Source: Candidatus Eiseniibacteriota bacterium (GTDB lineage Bacteria; Arandabacterota; Arandabacteria; Arandabacterales; Arandabacteraceae). From it: a stretch of 64,000 nt of DNA. The position numbers were made by a program, and so were the translations under genes. The stretch lies in assembly GCA_043810925.1 (NCBI GenBank), contig JBDRNT010000171.1, forward strand, positions 8,466-72,465, in the 5' to 3' direction. Positions 57,689-64,000 of the stretch are shown here, piece after piece (position 1 is the first letter of the stretch; each line of letters opens with the position of its first letter). The notes below the pieces were generated by a model that worked only from the letters and a program-made list of their open reading frames with translations, did not search any database and was not told the DNA's origin.

Positions 57689-58912
57689 ATGGACACCTCA
57701 GTGCGCCCACCGGCCGGTAGCAAGGTTCCGATCGTGGTCGTCCTGGCCATCATGCTTCTCGGTTTGACCGTTCCCGCCCTCGGTGTCATCCCACCCGCTG
57801 CAGAGGTCTCGGATACGCCTGATGACTGGGGCACAGGGCTTACGGTGACCTGGGACCGGCCCGCTGCGGGAGATGGTGTAACAGGTTACGAGATCTGGAG
57901 ACTCAAGGTCGAGAAAGGCAGGAAGGTCACAGATCCCGCCTTTGCCGATACGGTTCCGGCTTCGGATGTACTTGCGTCGGCGGGCTGGGAGATGGCCGGT
58001 GATGCCGATCTTGAGGATACGGTCTGGGTCGACTCGGGTCTCGAGACAGGACAGGAATACACCTATGTGGTGGTCGCCCTCACCGGCGGGCCTCAGGCAC
58101 CCTCGCCACCTACGTCACCCGAGACACCACGGCGCCAGATCATAAGAAACCAGCGAATCAACATTCTCGTTGCCGTCGCGCTCTTCATGCTGACGGTGGT
58201 GGTCCTCGTTGAACGCGCGAGAAGAGGGGCAAAGCTCTTCATACGGAGGATTGCGGGGCTTGAGGCCGTGGAGGAAGCTGTTGGGAGGTCTACGGAGATG
58301 GGCCGTCCGATTCTGTATGTCCCCGGTCTCGATCCCATGGACGAGGTCGGAACCGTCGCTGCAATAAACATACTCGGGCAGGTAGCCAAGAAAGCCGGTG
58401 AATACGATACCAGACTCATAGTCCCCAACCGGGATCCCATAGTCATGGCCGTCGCCCAACAGGTCGTCAGGGAGTCGTATTCGGCCGTGGGAAAACCCCA
58501 TCTTTACCGTGATGAGGACGTCTACTACGTGACCTTCAGTCAGTTCGGATTCGCAGCCGCTGTAGCGGGGCTCATGATGAGGGAGCGGCCGGCGACCAAC
58601 TTCTTCATCGGCCGGTTCTATGCCGAATCGCTTGTGCTTGCCGAGACCGGCAACGCAACGGGAGCGATCCAGATAGCCGGCACCGATTCGGATGCCCAGC
58701 TTCCGTTCTTTATAAGCGCGTGTGATTATACCTTGATGGGTGAGGAGCTCTATGCCGGGAGTGTATACCTCTCGCGTGAACCGCTTCTCCTCGGCGCACT
58801 CAAGAGCCAGGATTACGCAAAGGCCCTGATAATAATAGCGATCTTCATCGGGATCGTACTCTATATCGTGAGTCCCGACGTGGCGGAACAGTTCAAAGCT
58901 GTGTTCAACTAA
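57689..58912 (+). CDS. Membrane protein: signal peptide, fibronectin type III domain, TM, conserved unknown domain (recalled as DUF6754-like), TM
   Basis: FN3 pattern LTVTW..GYEIWR..WVDSGLETGQEYTYVVVA; IRRIAGLEAVEEAVGRSTEMGRP; QIAGT, QLPFF...CDYTLMGEELYA. Confidence 0.75.
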   Translation: MDTSVRPPAGSKVPIVVVLAIMLLGLTVPALGVIPPAAEVSDTPDDWGTGLTVTWDRPAAGDGVTGYEIWRLKVEKGRKVTDPAFADTVPASDVLASAGWEMAGDADLEDTVWVDSGLETGQEYTYVVVALTGGPQAPSPPTSPETPRRQIIRNQRINILVAVALFMLTVVVLVERARRGAKLFIRRIAGLEAVEEAVGRSTEMGRPILYVPGLDPMDEVGTVAAINILGQVAKKAGEYDTRLIVPNRDPIVMAVAQQVVRESYSAVGKPHLYRDEDVYYVTFSQFGFAAAVAGLMMRERPATNFFIGRFYAESLVLAETGNATGAIQIAGTDSDAQLPFFISACDYTLMGEELYAGSVYLSREPLLLGALKSQDYAKALIIIAIFIGIVLYIVSPDVAEQFKAVFN

Positions 58913-58921
58913 GGAGCCGGA

Positions 58922-59563
58922 TTGAAGTCAAGAGGACCCATCATACTGGCATTCGTCGTGGGAATGCTGATGATGATACAGTTCTTCACGCCCAATCCCT
59001 TCTTCCTTAGGCTTTACAACATAGTACTCGACTGGAAGCAGGTAGTTCTCGGCTGCACCTTCATACTCGGTACGTGGAGTCTTGTCCGGTACCACGTTAA
59101 GAAGATACAGCGCCGCCAGGAGAACTGGCAGTACAGCTACGTGACCCTTGCCGGTCTTACCGTGACCGTGGGGTCTGCGCTTATCTGGAAGACCGTCACA
59201 GGACCCTATCCCTGGCTTTTTAACAACATCCAGGTACCCATGCAGTCGACGATGTTCTCACTGCTGGCGTTCTTCGTCGCGTCGGCCTCCTACCGGGCCT
59301 TCAGGGCGAGAACGGTGCATGCGACGCTTCTGCTCGTGGCGGGGGCGCTTGTTATGCTCGGTCGTGTGCCGATCGGGGCCTATTTCTCAGGTTCCGTGCT
59401 GGGAGTCAAGATCTCGCTCGTGGAGATGTCGGACTGGTTGCTCAACGTACCCAATCTCGCGGCCAAACGAGGCATCATGATGGGCGTCGGGCTTGGTATG
59501 ACGGCCACAGCGATAAAGATCATCCTCGGCATCGAGAAGACCTATCTCGGGAGGTCGGACTGA
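58922..59563 (+). CDS. Hypothetical ~6-TM membrane protein
   Basis: TTG start after SD aaggag; TMFSLLAFFVASASYRAFR; stop overlaps the next start (TGATG). Confidence 0.8.
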   Translation: MKSRGPIILAFVVGMLMMIQFFTPNPFFLRLYNIVLDWKQVVLGCTFILGTWSLVRYHVKKIQRRQENWQYSYVTLAGLTVTVGSALIWKTVTGPYPWLFNNIQVPMQSTMFSLLAFFVASASYRAFRARTVHATLLLVAGALVMLGRVPIGAYFSGSVLGVKISLVEMSDWLLNVPNLAAKRGIMMGVGLGMTATAIKIILGIEKTYLGRSD

Positions 59564-60402
59564 TGGCCTTCTACGACAGGTTGATGTCCATAGACAGACG
59601 CATAATCTTCCTGTCGGTGGGGCTTGCCGTTGCTATCCCGCTTATAGTCCCGCTGAATTTTCCAGTTCAGATCTCAGAGGAAGCCGAGAGTTTCTATAGA
59701 GAGATGGAGGCCCTCAAGGAGGGGGATATAATACTCCTTGCCTTCGATTACGAGGGCGATGTCATGGCCGAGCTCAATCCCATGACCATAGCGGTCCTGA
59801 AGCACACCTTCCCGAGGAACATAAAGGTCGTGGCCCTCACCACATACGCAGGCGGCACGGGTATCGCCGAGGGGATCCTGAATGAGGCCGCCGAAGTCTA
59901 CGGAAAGGCTTATGGCGTCGACTACGTCTTCCTCGGCTATAACCCCGACTGGTCAGGCACGATCCTCAGACTCGGTGAGAGTTTCAAGGGGACCTACCCC
60001 ACCGACCAGTACGGCACGAACACAAACGAGATCCCCATTATGCAGGAAGTCGAGACCTACGATGATGTCGCCATGATCGTATCGATTGCCGGGAGTGCTC
60101 TTTCCGAATACTGGGCGATCTGGGCCGGTGGGCGCTACGGGGTCAAGGTGATCTCCGGCAATACGGCGATCCAGGCGGTCCTGATATACCCGTACTACCA
60201 GGCAGGCCAAATACCGGGTTTCCTGGGGGGGCTTAAAGGCGCGGCCGAATATGAGAAACTCGTCGGTGTGCCCGGACTGGGAATCCGCGGAATGGATGCC
60301 CAGTCGGTGGCTCATGCTCTCATGGTCGTGTTCATTATCGTTGGGAACATCGGTTACGTCTTTTCCAGACGAGCAAAGAAAGCGGAACAGCAGAAAGGAT
60401 GA
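59563..60402 (+). CDS. Hypothetical membrane protein (TM, alpha/beta domain, TM); probable paralog of the C-terminal part of 57689-58912
   Basis: YGVDYVFLGY, PYYQAGQ..G.LGGLKGAAEYE, MDAQSVAH plus TM. Confidence 0.8.
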   Translation: MAFYDRLMSIDRRIIFLSVGLAVAIPLIVPLNFPVQISEEAESFYREMEALKEGDIILLAFDYEGDVMAELNPMTIAVLKHTFPRNIKVVALTTYAGGTGIAEGILNEAAEVYGKAYGVDYVFLGYNPDWSGTILRLGESFKGTYPTDQYGTNTNEIPIMQEVETYDDVAMIVSIAGSALSEYWAIWAGGRYGVKVISGNTAIQAVLIYPYYQAGQIPGFLGGLKGAAEYEKLVGVPGLGIRGMDAQSVAHALMVVFIIVGNIGYVFSRRAKKAEQQKG

Positions 60403-60410
60403 GCATCTGA

Positions 60411-61037
60411 ATGAATATCGCAAGTGATCCGGGAGTCTGGGTTGCGGGGATATTCACGATAGCGATATTCTCGTTCCTTTATAAGGATAACCCCTTCTAC
60501 AGATTCGCCGAGCACCTGCTGGTAGGGGTTTCTGCCGGCTACTACCTTGTCCAGTATTTCTTCTCGGCAACGTACAAGAAGTTCTATGTGCCCGTTTTCA
60601 TAAACAAGGACTATATCCTCATCATCGGTGGCATCCTCGGCATAATGATGTTTGCCCGACTGTTCAGAAAGGCGGAGTGGGTCTCGCGCTACCCCGTCGC
60701 ATTCTATGTAGCCGCCTGGGCCGGCTACGTGATCCCATCTTACATACATGTAAGGATCCTCCAGCAGGCCAAAAGCACCATGTTTAACCCCGTCGGGATG
60801 CCGCTCAAGGACCTCCTGTCGGCGTGCGTGCTCTTCGTGGGGGTTGCATCAACCCTTATCTACTTCTACTTCTCGGCCGAGCACAAGGGCGGGCTCAGGG
60901 TGGTATCCAAAATCGGTATCACCTTCCTCATGATCGGCTTCGGCGCAACCTTCGGATACAACGTGATGGGCAGGATAAGCCTCCTGATCGGTCGTTTTCA
61001 GTTCCTCTTCACCGACTGGCTGGGCCTTATCCGCTGA
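60411..61037 (+). CDS. Hypothetical ~6-TM membrane protein
   Basis: IFSFLYKDNPFYRFAEHLLVGVSAGY; YFYFS.EH; FLMIGFGATFGYNVMGR. Confidence 0.8.
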   Translation: MNIASDPGVWVAGIFTIAIFSFLYKDNPFYRFAEHLLVGVSAGYYLVQYFFSATYKKFYVPVFINKDYILIIGGILGIMMFARLFRKAEWVSRYPVAFYVAAWAGYVIPSYIHVRILQQAKSTMFNPVGMPLKDLLSACVLFVGVASTLIYFYFSAEHKGGLRVVSKIGITFLMIGFGATFGYNVMGRISLLIGRFQFLFTDWLGLIR

Positions 61038-61066
61038 CATGGGGCCGGGGACGGCACACATTCAAA

Positions 61067-61095
61067 TTGACACCGCACCGGGCAATTGGTACGCT
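61067..61095 (+). promoter_or_regulatory. Sigma70-type promoter with extended -10
   Basis: TTGACA-17 nt-TACGCT, with TG at the extended -10 position. Confidence 0.6.
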
Positions 61096-61123
61096 CCACC
61101 CAGCATGAACCTGGGGGTGGATC

Positions 61124-61777
61124 ATGGAGATTATTGGCTTTAAGGTAATACTCGGACTTCTCTTTGTAGTCTTTTCGTGTGTCGCGTTTCTCACGATGCT
61201 GCATCTCCTGGGCACACCTCATACGTCTCGCGATAAACTCCTGAGACTCATCCATAGGCTGAGCGGCGGAGCCGCGGTGACCCTTTACGTGGTGCTCGCA
61301 GTCTCCTGCATTGCGGGGATGGACCGGGGCGGCCCTGAAATCTCGCCCAGGGCGGCAATCCATATTGCTTTCGCGGCACTCTTCATACCGTTTGTGCTCG
61401 TCAAAATCGTCATTGTCGAGAAGTATCCCGAGCTCAGAAATCGCCTCTTTACAATCGGTACCGTGCTCTTCGGTCTGGTCTTCGTGATCTTCTTTACATC
61501 GGCGACCTCAAGTTTCGTCGACGGCACCGGGAAGACCCGGACGGTGGCGTCCCGGGAATCCGAGGAGTCTGTGTCGCTCGGCAAGGAGCTCTTCGTTACC
61601 AAATGCGCCAAGTGCCATCGCCTGGACATAGCGCTCTCGGCAAGAAAGTCCCCCGGGGAGTGGCGGGAGACGGTCAGTGTCATGCGGCAGAAAGACCGGG
61701 ACTGGATAAGCGCACTGGAGGCGGAGAGAATCACGGAGTTCCTTGTATTTCTGGGAGGCCAGCCAGGGAATGATTAG
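61124..61777 (+). CDS. Membrane-anchored monoheme c-type cytochrome (4 TM plus CxxCH)
   Basis: Four hydrophobic helices with His residues; GKELFVTKCAKCH; distal W..TV..M. Confidence 0.8.
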   Translation: MEIIGFKVILGLLFVVFSCVAFLTMLHLLGTPHTSRDKLLRLIHRLSGGAAVTLYVVLAVSCIAGMDRGGPEISPRAAIHIAFAALFIPFVLVKIVIVEKYPELRNRLFTIGTVLFGLVFVIFFTSATSSFVDGTGKTRTVASRESEESVSLGKELFVTKCAKCHRLDIALSARKSPGEWRETVSVMRQKDRDWISALEAERITEFLVFLGGQPGND

Positions 61778-63770
61778 GATCGACCGGCGGGAGCTGCAGA
61801 ACATCGAAACGTCACTCAGCCGCGAATGGCTCGAGACCAATGGGCTCGGCGGGTACGCTTCTTCAACGGTGCTGGGCGTTAATACCAGAAAACATCACGG
61901 CTTGCTCGTTGCGGCGCTCGACCCGCCTGTGGAGAGGTCTGTACTCGTATCTCGCACAGACGAGACCCTGATAATCGGGGGAAAACGGTTTGAGCTCTCA
62001 TCAAGCGAGTACGAGGGAACCATACATCCCGACGGCCATCGTTATCTGGCCGAGGTGAGACTCGACCCCTATCCTGTCTTCACGTATGTCATAAGCGGGT
62101 GCAGGCTTGAGAAGTCCATCTTTATGCCCCGGGGTGAGAACACGACCTATGTCGGCTATACACTGGAGTGCTCGTCCGACGGGCCGAGGAGAAGCCAGGT
62201 CGTACTCGAGGTGCGTCCGATAATAGCCTGTCGAGATCACAACGCTTTGATGCGGGAGAATCAGGATTTCAATACGGCCTTCGAAGCCGGGCGGGGCAAC
62301 GTCACGCTGAAGCCCTATGAGCATATGCCGGCTTTCAATATCTCCTTCGACGACGGCCGGTTTGAACAGGCCGGCTACTGGTACCACAACTATCATTACA
62401 GGAGGGAGAAGGAGAGCGGTTACGACGCAAGTGAGGATCTGTATTCACCCGGAAGACTAGTGATCCCGTTTACTGAGACCAAGACCATCTGGCTTGCGTT
62501 CTCGACCGAGCAGGACGCCCTGAAGGATATCGAATACAGGAAGATCGGCGAGATCGAGAGACGCAAGAAGCTGAGCGAGGGCACAGCGGCGACGGGCGAA
62601 CTGGCAAGGTATCTGCGTGCAGCTGCCGATGCGTTTATCGTCAACCGTGGAAGTGGCGGGCGCACGATCGTGGCGGGTTATCCCTGGTTTACCGACTGGG
62701 GACGGGACACGATGATCTCTCTCCCCGGTCTCACGCTGGCAACAGGCCGCTACGAGGATGCCCGAAACATAATCACGACGTTTCTGGACAACATGAAGGA
62801 CGGTTTGATCCCCAACCATTTCCCCGAGTCTTCTTCCGAGGCTCTCTATAATACGATTGATGCAACGTTGTGGCTCTTCGAAGCAGCGAGGAAGTACTAT
62901 GACTGCACATCCGACGGGGATTTTATCGCACGCATCCTTCCGAGTCTGAGAGAAGCGATAGGATATCACCTCACGGGAACCATGTATGGGATTCATGCTT
63001 GCGATGACGGGTTGCTCGAGGGCGGTGTCGAGGGCGTACAACTCACATGGATGGACGCCAAGGTCGGTGACCGGGTCATAACCGCCCGGATCGGAAAAGC
63101 TGTCGAGATCAACGCTCTCTGGTATAACGCCCTCAGGATAACGGCACAGTTCTGCGCGGACTTCGGGGGACTCGCGGAGGAGAGCAGATACTCCCATCTG
63201 GCGCGCACGGCCTTTCAGAGCTTCAACGCCCAATTCTGGAACGAAGATAAGAAGTGCTTGTATGACGTGATCAGAGGCGATCACAAAGACGACCGGCTGA
63301 GACCGAATCAGATATTCACGATGAGCCTGACCTATCCGGTGCTTGACCATTCAAGATGGAGATCAGTCGTCCAGATGGTCGAGCGGGAACTACTGACTCC
63401 CTTTGGACTTCGTACCCTCTCCCCTCTTGATCCCGGCTACAAGGGAAAATACGGCGGCGATCTGGTGACCCGGGATGAGGCGTATCATCAGGGAACGGTC
63501 TGGCCCTGGTTGATGGGACCTTACATAACCGCATACCTTAAAGCTTACGGCCGCTCGGGTCAGACGGTCGCACGCTGTCTTAACCTGCTCGATGCCCTGA
63601 CCAGACACCTTTCCGAAGCGGGGATCGGGAGCATATCCGAAATCTTCGACGGTGAATCACCGCACAAACCCGGCGGGTGCATAGCCCAGGCCTGGAGTGT
63701 CGCCGAGCTCCTCCGCACCCTGACCGAAGATCTTTTCATCACCACCAGCCAACCCCAGAACATCCGGTGA
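61770..63770 (+). CDS. Glycogen debranching enzyme (amylo-alpha-1,6-glucosidase, archaeal-type GDE)
   Basis: REWLETNGLGGYASST, AGYPWFTDWGRDTMISLPGL, TWMDAK, GKAVEINALW, RPNQ, YHQGTVWPW, QAWSVAE. Confidence 0.93.
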   Translation: MIRIDRRELQNIETSLSREWLETNGLGGYASSTVLGVNTRKHHGLLVAALDPPVERSVLVSRTDETLIIGGKRFELSSSEYEGTIHPDGHRYLAEVRLDPYPVFTYVISGCRLEKSIFMPRGENTTYVGYTLECSSDGPRRSQVVLEVRPIIACRDHNALMRENQDFNTAFEAGRGNVTLKPYEHMPAFNISFDDGRFEQAGYWYHNYHYRREKESGYDASEDLYSPGRLVIPFTETKTIWLAFSTEQDALKDIEYRKIGEIERRKKLSEGTAATGELARYLRAAADAFIVNRGSGGRTIVAGYPWFTDWGRDTMISLPGLTLATGRYEDARNIITTFLDNMKDGLIPNHFPESSSEALYNTIDATLWLFEAARKYYDCTSDGDFIARILPSLREAIGYHLTGTMYGIHACDDGLLEGGVEGVQLTWMDAKVGDRVITARIGKAVEINALWYNALRITAQFCADFGGLAEESRYSHLARTAFQSFNAQFWNEDKKCLYDVIRGDHKDDRLRPNQIFTMSLTYPVLDHSRWRSVVQMVERELLTPFGLRTLSPLDPGYKGKYGGDLVTRDEAYHQGTVWPWLMGPYITAYLKAYGRSGQTVARCLNLLDALTRHLSEAGIGSISEIFDGESPHKPGGCIAQAWSVAELLRTLTEDLFITTSQPQNIR

Positions 63771-63775
63771 CCCTG

Positions 63776-63869
63776 ATTCGGTGACAGTTCACGAATTATC
63801 CATCGTGCGAAGGGTTATAGAAGTGCAGTCGGCCCCGCCGGCGGTGTTAATTCGTAAGCTGTCACGAAT
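63776..63869. repeat. REPIN-like inverted repeat, family C copy 2
   Basis: attcggtgacagttcacgaatta..taattcgtaagctgtcacgaat; arms resemble those of 57542-57639. Confidence 0.65.
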
Positions 63870-64000
63870 GGCACTAACTTAAGACCAGATCAAGTCATGC
63901 TCGTGGCTTACGCTTTGTGACCCCTTTTGTGGTGGCGTCGAGTATCTTGAGGGATAGTTCTCGCATCTGTCTGGTGATTTCCTCCATTTTTCGATGATTC

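Noticed and set aside
1-64000. tRNA, rRNA, riboswitch, prophage, transposase or defence genes
   Set aside because: None recognised by eye; a covariance-model search would be needed to exclude small RNAs.

Overview
Bacterial chromosomal window, GC-rich by eye; the lineage cannot be assigned from sequence alone. (1) 1-2.7 kb: 3' part of an OPT-family peptide transporter and an M29 aminopeptidase. (2) 3.0-52.0 kb: a very large, all-plus-strand Wzx/Wzy-type surface polysaccharide locus. It has a minimal Wza-like SLBB protein, Wzc, and a NusG-paralog (UpxY/RfaH-like) antiterminator heading about 41 tightly coupled genes. These include a contiguous GDP-heptose block (Cj1427-like dehydrogenase, HddC, GmhA, HddA, DmhA-like 4,6-dehydratase, ThDP E1 alpha/beta pair, His-type C3-dehydrase, three SDRs, B12 radical SAM) whose combined chemistry predicts a branched higher-carbon sugar of the yersiniose/erwiniose type. 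The locus also has many glycosyltransferases, five methyltransferases, a carbamoyltransferase, an amidotransferase, a heparinase II/III-like protein, gmd, a frameshifted fcl, an initiating transferase and a geranylgeranyl reductase-family gene. (3) 52-57 kb: amino-sugar kinase, GHL10 hydrolase, small EF-Tu-domain-II-like protein, a lipoprotein and an unknown membrane protein. (4) 57.7-61.0 kb: a four-gene operon of unknown membrane proteins that looks like two paralog pairs in opposite membrane orientation (candidate new transporter). It is followed by a membrane monoheme cytochrome c and a glycogen debranching enzyme. Several families of dispersed palindromic REP/MITE-like repeats occur, one of them inside an in-frame insertion in a glycosyltransferase. 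No rRNA, tRNA, CRISPR array or transposase was seen. All family calls come from motif recognition, not from database searches.
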